A stretch of DNA of 64,000 nucleotides from Octopus vulgaris (GCA_951406725.2 OX597816.1:9238001-9302000), one strand, 5' to 3'; positions 1 through 12,747 are shown, counted from the first letter of the stretch. Made by a program: numbers and translations. The notes: generated from the sequence alone by a model not told the origin.

Positions 1-222
1 ATATAGGAGAGTTCACGAAAAAAACAAAAGATGAAGATAGGTGGTGTACAAAACAAACAGATGTATTAGTATAATGCTCAGGAATAGAAAAAGTCATTTA
101 CGTTTCGAGCCTACGCTCTTCTACAGAAAGGGACACAGAAAAAAAAAAACAAGGAGAGAAAAAAAATGTGTGTAGTGGCTACCGATCTATCATGACGACT
201 GCCGGACAGAAGGGTCACACAG
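1..222 (-). mobile_element. Penelope-like terminal fragment with degenerate minimal hammerhead motif, in (TA)n
   Basis: Minus strand CTGTAGA-A-GAGC gtag GCTC-GAAAC-GTA at 93-131; related sequence recurs at ~13718-13820; TA flanks. Confidence 0.55.
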
Positions 223-319
223 GATATATATATAGTATTTACTACAAATTATGACTTATTACCCATGGTGGCAAAAGTATACTTCTAAATTTACCCAACA
301 GATGGCAGATAATACTCTA

Positions 320-1290
320 GTTATGTTATAATCTACATACATATCACTATCTTGATAATATTAAAGAAGTAATATTATGTTATCATCTATTCTGCCGTGG
401 TTGACTTTGCCTTTCATCCTTTCGGAGTTGATAAATTAAGTACCGGTTGCATACTGGGATCGATCTAATCGACTGGCCCCCTCCGCCAAAATTTCAGGCT
501 TTGTGCCTAGAGTAGAAAAAAATATTATGTTATAATTGAAATCGATCAATGGAAATTGCAGCTGAGACACCAGTGCCAGTGGCACGTAAGAGAACCATCC
601 GAATGTGGCCGTTGCCAGCACCGCCCCGACTGGCCTTGTGCCGGTGGCACGTAAAAAGCACCATCCATTCGTGGCCATTGCCAGCCTCGTCTGGCCCCCG
701 TGCCAGTGGCACGTAAAAAGCACCATCCGATCGTGGCCGTTTGCCAGACTCGTCTGGCACGTAAAAAGCACCCACTACACCCACGGAGTGGTTAGCGTTA
801 GGAAGGGCATCCAGCCGTAGAAACATTGCCAGATCAAACTGGGGCTGGTGCAGCCTTCTGGCTTCCCATACCCCAGTTGAACCGTCCAACCCATGCTAGC
901 ATGGAAAGCGGACGCTAAACGATGAAGTATATAAAGAAGAAGAATCTAGATGTAGATTGCTACTTTAACAAAAATAATCTAGATATAGATTTTTACATTA
1001 ATAATATTAAAGATGAAACCATATGTTACAACCAAGATAGAGATCACTTCTTTAATGATATAATCTGTCATGGATTGCTACTTTAACAATATAAAAAAGG
1101 AATGTAATATGATATCTAAATACAGATTACTACATTAACGATATAATCTAGATACAAACCATTATGGTAATAGTATTAGAAATGTAACATTATGTTGTAA
1201 TCTAGATAGAGATCAATACTTTAATGAAATAATCTAGATACAGATCATTCCATTGATAATATTAAAGATGTATTATGTTATAATGTATGC
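320..1290. repeat. Degenerate tandem repeat (core ataatctagatatagat...tactttaa) interrupted by two SINEs
   Basis: Recurring aatctagata motif at 30-50 bp spacing at ~320-390 and 945-1285. Confidence 0.55.
538..924 (+). mobile_element. SINE-like element with internal ~55-60 bp tandem units and (GAT)n tail (family 1)
   Basis: gtggcacgtaaaaagcacc units, ggcgttaggaagggcatccagc core, 3' end gcatggaaagcggacgttaaacgatga; more than 15 copies in window. Confidence 0.85.
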
Positions 1291-1626
1291 GTTACTGCTA
1301 TGAAATATATTTTGTTTAGACTAAGTATAACCAGGGGCAATATTTAAAGAACCACACCAGAAGTAGGGATTCTTTTCATACTTTTTATGAATGTAGAGTC
1401 AATCTGCTTAACTTCACTGTGCTGGCAGAATCTTTAGATCATTGGGAAAAATGCTTTATGGTATCTATTCTGGCTCTGTGAGTTCAAATCTTCTAAGGGT
1501 AGGATCAACTTTACTCGTCGTCCTTCTAGGATCATTAAAATAAAGTACCAGTCAAGTACTGGGATTGAAGGTATCAACTATTCCTTCACTCCACATAATT
1601 TCTGGCTTTTGTCTAAATCAGAAATC

Positions 1627-1826
1627 AGTATTATTATTGTTGTTGTTGTGTTGTTGTTGTTGTTGTTGTTATTATTATTATTATTACTGTTGTTGTTATT
1701 ATTATTATTATTACTACTGTTATTATTATTTTTCCTCTTCTTCTTCTTCTTCTTCTTCTTCTTCTTCTTCTTCTTCTTCTTCTTCTTCTTCTTCTTCTTC
1801 TTCTTCTTCTTCTTCTTCTTCTTCTT

Positions 1827-1857
<31 letters not shown>

Positions 1858-1922
1858 TTATTATTATTATATTTATCATTATTATTATTATCATTATTAT
1901 TATTATATTTATCATTATTATT
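1627..1922. repeat. Compound microsatellite (ATT)n/(GTT)n/(CTT)n
   Basis: Directly visible; ~120 bp pure CTT run. Confidence 0.98.
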
Positions 1923-2076
1923 AAGGCAGTGAGCTGGCAAATTTGCTAGCATGCTGGGCAAAATGCTCGGCGGTATTTTGTCTGCCACTACATTATGAGT
2001 TCAAGTTCCACCGAGGTCAACTTTGCTTTCTTCCTTACAGTGTCAATAAATTAAGTACCAGTTGCATACTGGGGTT

Positions 2077-3218
2077 GTCCTTGTGCCTGGACCAAACTTT
2101 TCACACAGTCTCCAGTGAATAAATTTAACGATGTTGTGCCTCCTTTTGTAGTGCTTTTGGGCCAGATTGCTACACTCATTTACAATATGTGAAATTGTTT
2201 CGTTTTTGCTGTCACACATTCTACAAAGGGGAAATTCACTGCTGTTATCTATTTGGACCTTGGTGTAATTAGTTCTCAGGGCTTGTTTCTGGGCGCTGCA
2301 TATTAGTGCCTCAGTGCATCCTTTCAGATCCCTTTTTCTCAGCCATCACCAGATATTGGTCTTGTCTTTCCCTTCAGTTTCTCTGAAGTACTGCCTATGC
2401 ATTGTTTTCACTTTCCAATTGTCTATTCTTAGTTCTCCATCTTGATCCTTAAATGTTTTTTGGGTGTGTCACATTTTCGATGGATATCATATTATTGTTT
2501 CTGACGGCGAGCTGGCAGAAACGTAAGCACGCCGGGCGAAATGCGTAGCCATATTTCGTCTGCTGTTACGTTGTGAGTTCAAATTCCGCCGAGGTCGACT
2601 TTGACGTTCATCCTTTCGGGGTCGATAAATTAAGTACCAGTTACGCACTGGGGTCGATGTAATCGACTTAATCCATTTGTCTGTCCTTGTTTGTCCCCTC
2701 TGTGTTTAGTCCCTTTGTGGGTAGTAAAGAAATATATTGTTTCTGACAGCAACAAGCAAGTATTCACCCTGCTGTTTGATGTACCATCCCAGACTGTTCT
2801 TCTCCTTGGCAATGCAGATCTTGCATTCTATAAGGCCTCTTCCTTCTTTGTTCCCAGGCACATACAGTCTACCAATATCACTTTTTGGGTGCAATTCCTT
2901 GTTAATTGTCATCACTTTACTGATATTTCTATCCATTTCGTTAAGCTCGATCTTTGTCCATCTAATGACACCTGCACCATATTGCATTAAAGAAACAACC
3001 CATGTGTTCATTGCCCTGAGCTTGTTCTTTCCATCGAGTCTACTTCCCATAATTAAGTTGGTTCTTCTGAGATATTCTTGTCGAAAGCTTTCCTTCATCT
3101 CATTCTCCTTGATTTTGTCGTACTCCAAGATACTCTGATACTTATATCCATCAGTCTCAACATCCTTGTTTTTCTCCCCATTGAGTAGTTTTACACCATC
3201 AGACGATACTACTTTACC
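2077..3218 (-). mobile_element. Decayed R4/Dong-clade LINE fragment (RT thumb and CCHC knuckle), interrupted by a SINE
   Basis: Translation EYLRR..I.GSRL..KNK..A.NTW...LHPKSDIGRLYVP..EGRGL, then KTMH.QYF, CRMC....ETISHIVNEC; abuts (TAA)n. Confidence 0.85.
2506..2734 (+). mobile_element. Full-length tRNA-headed SINE with Nin/Deu-like core (family 2), 13-bp TSD
   Basis: B-box gagttcaaattcc; core ttcatcctttcggggtcgataaattaagtaccag; TSD tattgtttctgac at 2493-2505 and 2735-2747. Confidence 0.93.
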
Positions 3219-3256
<38 letters not shown>

Positions 3257-3710
3257 GAGTGAGAGAGCAGTCTATGCTATCAAAGTGACACTGGGGTAAA
3301 ATATACGAAGTCTAGTATACCCATTATGATTACCCATCTGATAAGGGTACACTAGGTATATGCATCACAACCATATGTGCGGGACATGGTGATCTCATAT
3401 CAAGATAAACAGTGCATGACCTTGCAGGTGGGGCCCAGTTAGAATTTTCTTCTGGTTGAGTAACCCATCCCGCTCAAAAGGTCCCTGAATAAGGGTTGTT
3501 TAAGGATGTTGAATGAAACACCAATGTTTCAAACCCTAAAGAATCCCTCTCAATACATGGCTATGATGTGCCCCCACTACTTCTGCTTGTGATCAGAGAT
3601 GCACATATCCTCAGGCACTAAGGGTCATGCTCAACTGGTTAAGGTCATACAACTGACAAGCAAATCTGTGGTATTGAGCAGAATATTTGCTGTAGCCCAT
3701 CTTTTATACC
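3257..3710 (-). mobile_element. (TAA)n-embedded ~560-bp non-coding element, truncated copy
   Basis: High identity to 8978-9534 and 19948-20503; ATT repeats on both sides. Confidence 0.88.
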
Positions 3711-3718
3711 AATTATTA

Positions 3719-3749
<31 letters not shown>

Positions 3750-4216
3750 TATTATTACTATTATTTGCATTATTTGCATCATTTTTATTGCAGCTATAAA
3801 AATCGACAAATCTGCACCATTTCACAAGTCTAACATCAGAATTAATAGAATGCAATCTAGTAGACAGACTATTTTTGTTTTGTTTTCTTTTGTTGTTCAT
3901 AGACAGAAGTAATATTATTAGGCATGAATGACTAAACTTCCCTGTTCTCCTATTTGAGGAATCTATAAGAAGACACTGTAGAAATCATTATCAACATTTG
4001 TCGTAAAAAAAAAGACAAAGTAAAAAGAAGAAGAGTTCTGATAATCTTTTAGTAAGCCAAGCTTGTGGCTCACTTGTCACTAATACCATTGAAACTGGTT
4101 CACATCACATAATCATATTTACTCTTCGCTGGAAAACTAAGGCCTTTGCCAACATAAGAAATCAATATTATTGTAGGGCTCTTGTGGTCGATTAAAGATG
4201 CAGCTGTTATTGTTGC

Positions 4217-4264
<48 letters not shown>

Positions 4265-4876
4265 GGCAGTGAGCTGACAGTATTGTTAGTATGTGGGGCA
4301 AAATGCTTAGTGCATTTTGTCTGTCCTTATGTTCTGAAGTTCAAATTTCACTGAGGTTGACTTTACTTTTCACCCTTTCAGGGTCCACAAAAATTATGTA
4401 TCAGGGGCCTTGTACCAATAGTACAAAGCATTTGAGTTGGCAGAGTCATTAACACTCAGGGTGAAATGCTTACCAGCATTTTGTCAATCACTACATTCTG
4501 AGTTCAAGTTCCACTGAAGTTAACTTTGCCTTTCATCCTTCAGGGTTCCAGTTAAACACTGGGGTCGATGTAATCGACTGGTCCCCTCCTCCAATATTTC
4601 AGGCCTTGTGCCTTTAGTAGAAAGAATTATTATTATTATTATCATTCTCACTGTAACAATTATGTGGTGAGCTGGCAGTGTTGTTAGCATGCCAGACAAA
4701 ACGCTTAGTGGGATTTTGACTAACTTTACATTCTGAGTTCAAATTCTGCTGAGGTTGATTTTACCTTTCATCATTTTGGGGCCGATAAAATAAGCACCAG
4801 TTGAACATAGGTTTGATGTAACTGATGAGGGCCCCCTATTCCCAAATGTCAAGCATTGTACCTATAATAGAGGGGA
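4265..4876 (+). mobile_element. Cluster of three family 2 SINE copies
   Basis: Repeated ggcagtgagctggcag head, gagttcaaatt B-box, core, ATT tails. Confidence 0.8.
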
Positions 4877-5439
4877 TTATTATTATCATGTTATCAGTTC
4901 TAGTATCTTATATTGCAGTTTACTTCCCTCAACCTGTTTATATAAATTTGATATATATTTTATATGTACTTATGATTTTATTTGCTGCATAATCTAGATC
5001 TTTAATGCTCTTCTTAGTATTTGCAAGATTGTCTAATAAAGTAGTTTTCCAGAGCCATTCTCTTTGATTGCTATTTTAGTGATTTTCATCTCTATAATGT
5101 ACCTAAGTGGTTTTTATGTTAAATTCAGTAAGTCTTTTCCATCAAAACGTCAAGATGGTTCTTTCGTTTCTATTCCTACATTCTCTGCTATATAAATTCT
5201 AGTAGCATTTTATTATTTTTATCATCATATTAATATCTCTTTAAAGGTACACATTCTATTCTATTGATCCTTTCTGTAGCTCAAATCTAAAGGGAATTTA
5301 GTTAGAAGCCCTTATTTATACACAGTTTTTTTCCCCTTATATAGAAAAGGGTACTTCCCAGAAGCATTACTTTCTGAGGTTAATCAATAGAAGTTTTCTG
5401 TTTGTTCTTTTTTCTGTACTATGCTTCATAATTCCCAGG

Positions 5440-5957
5440 CCCTTTGTTACCATATTCCAGTTGATTTTACTGCTTTTGTTTCAATTATTTTTGAAACTAA
5501 TGAAGAATTTATTAAAATAGCTGTGTCGTTATTAAGCTGGTGTTTGGAATATAAATTAACCTGGAATTTTGATGGAAGCTTTTAATTTAGATAACATTAA
5601 AACAGGATGTTTTTATCAAAGAACCAAGGATGGTTTTAGGTAGGTTGGTGTCAAAAGGGTTAACTCTTTTGTTACTGTGTATTGGTTGAAGTACATCATC
5701 TTGGTTTCAAAGAATTTGAGAAATAGCATTATTAAGAGAAATCGTAATATTAAGAGAAATAGTAATATTAAGAGAAATGGTAATATTAAGAGAAATCGTA
5801 ATATTAAGAGAAATAGTAATATTAAGCTGTTGTTTTGGACATAAATTAATATGAAATTCTTGATGGAAGATTTAAGTATATATCAACTTTAAAACATGGA
5901 TTTTGCATCGAAGAAACAAAGATGGTTTCAGATGGGTTGGTACCAAAAGTGGGATTA
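5440..5957. mobile_element. Two tandem degenerate piggyBac-type MITEs; second has 18-bp internal tandem repeat x5 (5729-5826)
   Basis: Homologous to 10607-10827; junction aaagggTTAActcttt at 5660-5663; unit tattaagagaaatagtaa. Confidence 0.7.
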
Positions 5958-6974
5958 ATCTTATACTTATAATCCTCATCTTTGATACATTATTCTTCAG
6001 CTCTTTACATTTATAGAGTTTTTTAACCTTTCTATTAAGAAGATCTTATTGTAATTAGTACAAGTAGCTTCAGTTTGTGTACAAGATTTGCATTTCATCC
6101 TTTTGAGGCTGATAAAATAAAGTACCAGTTGAGCACTGGGGTCAATGAAATCAACTAGCCCCCTTGTCCAAAATTTCAGATCTTGCACCTTTAATAGAAA
6201 GGATTATTATTATCGCTCAAATCCTGCTGAGGTTAACTTTCTTTTAGACCCTTTTAGGGGTTGATAAAAATAAAGTATTGATCAAACCTTTCCCCTCAAA
6301 GTTGCTGGCCTTCTGCCTAAGTAGAAGCTGCCACCACCACCACCACCACCACCACCACCACCACCACTACCATCATCATCATGACCATCACCATTGCCAT
6401 TAAGGTTGACTCTATAGTCTGATGATTGTTCTTGATGAGCTGTGCTCCCATTTGGTCTTGGTTTTCATTTCAGGCTGGAGTAATTTTTACTTCCATTGAT
6501 TTTCATGTCTTTCCGAAGGACATTAGCAAAATATTTCCCCTTAAATACTTGACTTTGTGCCAATGAAAGAAATCATTTTTTTTATTATTATTTCTATAAT
6601 TAAAGAGCACAATGGAAAATTGGATAAGATAATGTCCTACTAGCTTAAGAATTATCAGTTTGTAGCCCGATACACATTTCGTATTATGGTTTTAGCCAAG
6701 ATATTTAACCTTACTTGTCTCACTAAAGAATACAATCAATATTTTGTGCCTAACTAAAGAAATCTTCTTATACTTATTAACATTATCATTATTATTTTTA
6801 ATAGACACATTATGACAATGACTATTTCTTGTATTTGCCATTGAAGCATCACATGTGTTGGGCATTACAAGATCTGTTTGTAAATTGTGTGCAATTTTGT
6901 AAAAAAAAGTTTGCAGGGAAGAAAAGATGAGGAGGAGCAAATGAGATAAAAAGTATGCCAAGTACACAAAATTT

Positions 6975-7018
<44 letters not shown>

Positions 7019-8091
7019 CATAATAATAATAACAATAATAATAGATGTCCTGATGCAATATCAGGCAGTGGCTCCCATGGCTTCTGAACTTAACTGATTG
7101 GAAGTGTTAACATGTACATGAATGGTGTTGAGAGCCTTCAGCTAGAGGTCAATTAAGGAACTTCACTGATCTAGGATCAGCTGGGCCATCAAGGGTACAA
7201 GTCTTTGCCCAACTGGTGATGTGGTTTATGTATATGACTTCTTTCTGTTTCTGCCAGCCAAATCTCCTCACAAGGCTTTGGTTGCTTTGGAGCTATAGTA
7301 GAAGACATTTGACCAAACCACAGAAAGTAAATTTATACACTACCATGCCTCATGGTACTTGTTTCATTGTTCCATTGTTGGATAAAAGGCCTTATCGTGT
7401 CTGTCCCAAAGTATGATACTGGCCATATAAGTGATTTTCATTCTAATACTTTAACATGGCATAAAAAAAAAAGCACGCAGTCCATTCAGTAAAGTGGTTA
7501 GTATTAGGATTGGCATCAAGCTGTAGAAACTTTGCTAAAACAGATGACTGGAACCTGGTGCAGCCCTCCAGCTTGCTAGCTCCTGTCAAATCATCCAACT
7601 CATGCCAGCATGGACAACAGACATTAAATAATGATGATGATGATTTTTAGCTTAATTCTTAACATTTTCACCAAATCTCTTGTTGCTTTTATTTTTTTAC
7701 CCCTCTCAACTGTCTGTCATTTCAACCTCTGTATTTGTTAGCTTCCTTGAAGACAAAAAAAAACCCAACTTTTTTTGGTGTTGCACATGTTTTGTAGCTA
7801 TTTTTATTAGTTTTCCATTATTTTTTATTAGATATTTTTATAGTGCTGCCATGTATATTTTTACATCCTTGTATTCATGACAAATATAATCTTGCCATTT
7901 TAGATTTCAAGTGATTCATTCTAAAAGTAGTCATTAATTTTCTTGTTTTTTCTTCTTTTTTTTCTGTCTAATTATGCTAGTTCATTTAGTTCCAGCTGAG
8001 AATAATCATAACTATAAATTATTATGGGCCAGCTAGTGTATAGGTGCCTATTGTTATTATTATTAATATTATTATTATTATTATTATTACC

Positions 8092-8608
8092 GAGTGAGAG
8101 AGAGCAGCATATGCCATACAAATACATGACGTCCAATATACCCGTAATGACTACCTGTCTAATAAGGGTACACCAGGTACATGCATCACAAATATGTGTG
8201 TGATATGATAACCTCATATCAAGATAAACTGTGCATGACTCAGAATTTTCTTCAGTAGCCAATCCTGCTCAAAAGGTCCTGAGAGCAAAAGTTGTTTAAG
8301 GAAGGTGAATGAAACACCTGTGTTTCCAGGAGTGGGTTATTCAAGCACCAAAGAATCCCTCTCAACACATAATGATGATGTTCCTCTGCTACTTCTGCAT
8401 GCGATCAGAGATGCACATATCATCAGCCACTAAGGGGCATGCTCAACTGGTTACAGTCAAGCAGCTGACAAGCAAATCTATGGTACTGAGCAAAATATTT
8501 GCAGTAACCCATCTTTTTATACCAAGACAAAACATGTACATGTTAACACTTCCAATCAGTTAAGATCAGAAGCCATGGGAGCCACTACCTGATATTGCAT
8601 CACGACAT
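8092..8608 (-). mobile_element. (TAA)n-embedded ~560-bp element, older diverged copy
   Basis: Colinear with 8978-9534 with internal deletions. Confidence 0.85.
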
Positions 8609-8619
8609 CTATTATTATT

Positions 8620-8958
8620 ACAAATTTTCTTCTTTTTTGAATTTTGCTTCCTTTTCTTGCTGAGTGTCTTCCTGACACCCAGTGTAAATAAACTAACTGT
8701 ATACATCGATAGGCCTTTAAAATAAACACTTCAGATTGTCCATTTACAAAATCAAATAAAATTATGGAGAAAAAAGAACAAAATCATTTGCATGGATGGT
8801 AATCATTCTCAGATTGACAATGCTCTTCTCAACACATGTGGCATACAGGTTAAAACAACCTTTTGCACTTCTTTCAGGAATGGTAAGCAAAGCATCATTC
8901 TCAAATAATTTTCAGTTCCTTTTGTTTTTATCATTCCTAGTGCTCCTACAATCACTGG
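8620..8958 (-). mobile_element. R4/Dong-type LINE 3' end with (TAA)n tail
   Basis: Minus translation VQKVVLT...HVLRRALSI*; 3' UTR shared with 19845-19925. Confidence 0.7.
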
Positions 8959-8977
8959 TATTATTATTATTATTATT

Positions 8978-9532
8978 GAGTGAGAGAGCAGTGCGTGCCA
9001 TCAAAGTGACACTGGGGTAAAATATACGAAGCCCAGTATACCCATCATGACTACCCGTCTGATAAGGGTACACTAGGCACATACATCACAACCATATGTG
9101 CACGACATGGTGATCTCATATCAAGATAAACAGCACATGACCTTGCAGGTGGAGCCCAGTTAGAATTTTCTTCTGGTCAAGTAACCCATTCCGCTCAAAA
9201 GGTCCCTGAATAAGGGTTGTTTAAGGATGTTGAATGAAACACCCATGTTTCCAGAGGTGAATTATTCAAACCCCAAAGAAACCCTTCTCAACACATGGCT
9301 ATGATGCTAATCCAAAACTTCTGCTCATGATCAGAGATGCACATATCATCAGCCACTAAGGGGCATGCTCAACTGGTTAAGGTCAAGCAACTGACAAGCA
9401 AATCTGTGGTGTTGAGCAGAATATTTGCTGTAGCCCATCTTTTATACCAAGACAAAACAATGTACATGTTAACACTTGCAATCAGTTAAGATCAAAAGCA
9501 ATGAGAGTCACTGCCTGGTACTGCTTCAGGGC

Positions 9533-9534
<2 letters not shown>
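8978..9534 (-). mobile_element. (TAA)n-embedded ~560-bp element, full-length copy
   Basis: Same two ends as 19948-20503; ATT repeats on both sides. Confidence 0.9.
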
Positions 9535-9586
<52 letters not shown>

Positions 9587-9594
9587 CATCATTA

Positions 9595-9872
9595 TTTTGG
9601 ATTGGCCTAAGTGTGGTCTTATTCTTGGTAGAATTTATGTGGATAGCAGGTTACTACTTATAACCTTAAGTATCCTCAAGTTTCCAGCAGTCTTTCAAGT
9701 GCTTAGAACCCACCTGACAATCCTTGCTGTCCCTAAGAGACAAACTTTCTGTAGGAAATCAACTGGGCATTTTATTTCTATCTTCTTCAGTGATTTGTTT
9801 AGATCTTTGCTAACTGTTCCCAATGCACCTATTATTATAGGGACAACCATTACTGTTTGCATGCTCCAAATT
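9595..9872 (-). mobile_element. R4-type LINE C-terminal fragment
   Basis: Minus translation VVPIIIGALGTVSKDL...LQKVCLLGTARIVRWVLST*; (TAA)n tail. Confidence 0.75.
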
Positions 9873-9875
9873 CCT

Positions 9876-10288
9876 CATCATCATCGTTTAATGTCTGCTT
9901 TCCATGCTAGCATGGGTTGGACGGTGCAACTGGGGTCTGGGAAGCCCGAAGGCTGCACCAGGCCAGTCAGATCTGGCAGTGTTTCTACAGCTGGATGCCC
10001 TTCCTAACGCCAACCACTCCGAGAGTGTAGTGGGTGCTTTTTATGTGCCACCGACACAGGTGCCAGACTAGGCTGGTGAACGGTCACGCTCGGATGGTGT
10101 GTTTTATGTGCCACTGACACAGGTGCCAGACGAGGCTGGCGAACGGCCACGATCGGATGGTGTTTTTTACGTGCCACCGACACGGAGGCCAGACGAGGCT
10201 GGTGAACGGCCACGATCGGATGGTGTTTGTTACGTGCCAAATTCCATTGATGTTCATCGATTTTGATTTGATTCGATTTGATTTTCAA
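9876..10288 (-). mobile_element. Family 1 SINE-like element
   Basis: Reverse complement of family 1 with three internal tandem units. Confidence 0.85.
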
Positions 10289-10606
10289 ATTTTAAGGAAT
10301 GTATTTGCTTGTTTTTCTTCCCCTTTCTTTATGATCTTGGAATCAAACAAGCATGATGGCTCAATAAGTAAGCAACTATGTTTATTATTATTATTAGAAA
10401 AACTGGGCTTAGTGGCATTTCATCCATCTTTACATTCTCATTTAAATTCCACCAAGGTTGACTTTGCCTTTCATCCTTTCAGGGTCATTAAAATTAGTAC
10501 CAGTTGAGTACGGGGGTTAATGTAACTGACATACCTCCTCCCCCGAAATTGCTGGCCTTGTGCCAAAACTTGAAACCATTGTTATTATTATTTTTATTAT
10601 TGTTAA

Positions 10607-10827
10607 CCCTTTCATTACTGTATTTATGTTGAGATGCTCTGTGTTTCTTTCAATCAATTTTAAATATAACAAAGAATTTAGTAAAATAACTTAGTTATCA
10701 TTAAGCTAGTGTTAGGAACATAAATTGTGACTAAGGTTTGGTGGAAGATTTTAATTCAAAACTTATGAAAACAAGACATTTGTACTTGGAACCAGAGCTG
10801 GTTTCAGTTGGGTTGGTAACGAAAGGG
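10607..10827. mobile_element. piggyBac-type MITE (221 bp)
   Basis: TTAA at 10603-10606 and 10828-10831; TIRs ccctttcattac / gtaacgaaaggg. Confidence 0.9.
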
Positions 10828-10902
10828 TTAAGGTGGTGAGCTGGCAGAATTGTTAGTACCCCAGGCAAAATGCTTAGTGGTATTTTGTCTGTTCTTATGT
10901 TG

Positions 10903-11256
10903 ATGATAATGACGAATTCCAATATTTTAAATCCAGGTTTTTCCCCATTAACGGGGGTGGCCGGATGTACCTCACTCTTACAGTAACCACTTTCACAACA
11001 TCTCGCCCAGTTTTGAGCATCCTCCCTCCTCAAGCTAACCCTCTCAATCTCCTCCTCTTCCACATTTTCTTTGGTTGATCTCACTTTCACAGTTCATTCG
11101 CTTTAAACTCAAGCACCTTCCTCAGAACATGATATTCATCCCTCCTCAACACATATCCATACCACCATACTCCATTCACCCATGCCAGCTGTCCCACCAA
11201 TTCCTCCAACCCCAGTATCCCCTTCAAATCCTTAGTCTTCCTTTTATCCAATAGTT
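10903..11256 (-). mobile_element. RTE-clade LINE 3' fragment nested in a family 2 SINE (10832-11396)
   Basis: Minus translation ...GVWWYGYVLRRDEYHVLRKVLEF...QPKKMW; SINE head and B-box halves flank it. Confidence 0.8.
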
Positions 11257-12359
11257 TCTGAGTTCAAATTCTGTGAAGGTTGACTTTGCCTTTCATCCTT
11301 TTGGGGGTCAATTAAATAGGTTGAGCGCCGGGGTTGATGTAATCGACTAACCCCTCCCCCCAAATTGCTGGGCTTCTGCCAAAATTTGAAACCATTAATA
11401 TTGTTATTGTTGTTGTTGTTGATAGACAGTAGAATTGCCGAAATGGCGGTGTGTTATACAAATTACATGGCAGAATGTAGTTTCATTCTTGTAAGTTCTG
11501 ATTTTAAACTGTGTGGGGGTTGACTTTGCTATTCAATACTTGTGTGGGTGAATGAAATAAGTACAAGACATTTCCTTACAAATATATCGATTATATGTGT
11601 TCTCTGCAAAAATATGGCCCAATGCCAATGTGAGATGTCATTATTGTTATCATCCCTGATAATAATATTACAACATAAACACAAAAACAAAAATGAAAAA
11701 AAGCTCTAATTAAATAAAAGTTGCGGTTTAAGAGTAGTTACATTCGTTAGTAAAAAAACAACAACAAGAAACAATATATCCAAAAACACTAAAACAACAA
11801 CAACAACAACAATAACAATAATAATAATAACTATAATGAAATACAAAAGTAGTAGCAGCAATAGATAACAAAAGCTAATATAATGGTAGAATGATAGGAA
11901 TTTTGAAGAATATAATCTTTCTCTTCTATGTCAGTAACATAATTCCTTGGTAGCCATTAGTATTATTTGATTAATACAAATGGTATTATCACTGGCATTG
12001 AAAATTGGTTATGAGCAATATCTTATAATGTTACTGTCATTATCTTTATCATTGTTTTAATGTCTGTTTTTTGCCATTAAGATAAATTATAATAGTTGAT
12101 GTTACCATAGGTTCTCCAATGGTGACCATCATTCTTTAATTATGACAGCTGGATGTGATTTGAGTGAGATTTCGTTGATATTTCTAGGTGGTCAAACACC
12201 CATGCAGAGCTCATGATAGTATAAAACAGTGGTTCCCTAGCTTATTTTGTGGCAGAATCCTTATATGAATTTCCCAAAATTCTGGACTTCTAAATATATT
12301 TAACAGATATCCCCATTACCACCCTAATTCTGATAAGACATTAAATGAAGCAAAATTTA

Positions 12360-12433
<74 letters not shown>

Positions 12434-12437
<4 letters not shown>

Positions 12438-12707
12438 TAGATGAATGAACTATCCTAGTATGGATAATTCGGTTAATCGATACCTGGGTAGCAAATTCAC
12501 GTCAGTAAAACACGGTTGAAGTGACATGCCAAGGGCAGAACCCCGTGTTCGTGTGTGGAAATTTGTGTGTTTTTTATATGAATAAATGAAAAGAATGGAG
12601 TCGAACGAAGATTTTTACAAAATTCTTTACTTTCGACATATGTTTCGAAGACATATGTCGAAAGTAAAGGAATTTTGTTAAAATCTTCGTTCAACTCCAT
12701 TCTTTTC

Positions 12708-12713
<6 letters not shown>
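12434..12713 (-). mobile_element. Penelope-like fragment with terminal inversion (62-bp fold-back) in (TA)n
   Basis: Arms 12582-12643 and 12651-12713; GAAACATATGTC hammerhead half at the turn; TA runs both sides. Confidence 0.65.

Positions 12714-12747
<34 letters not shown>

Noticed and set aside
1565-1988. Poly-K/S/F/R ORFs
   Set aside because: Translations of a compound microsatellite.
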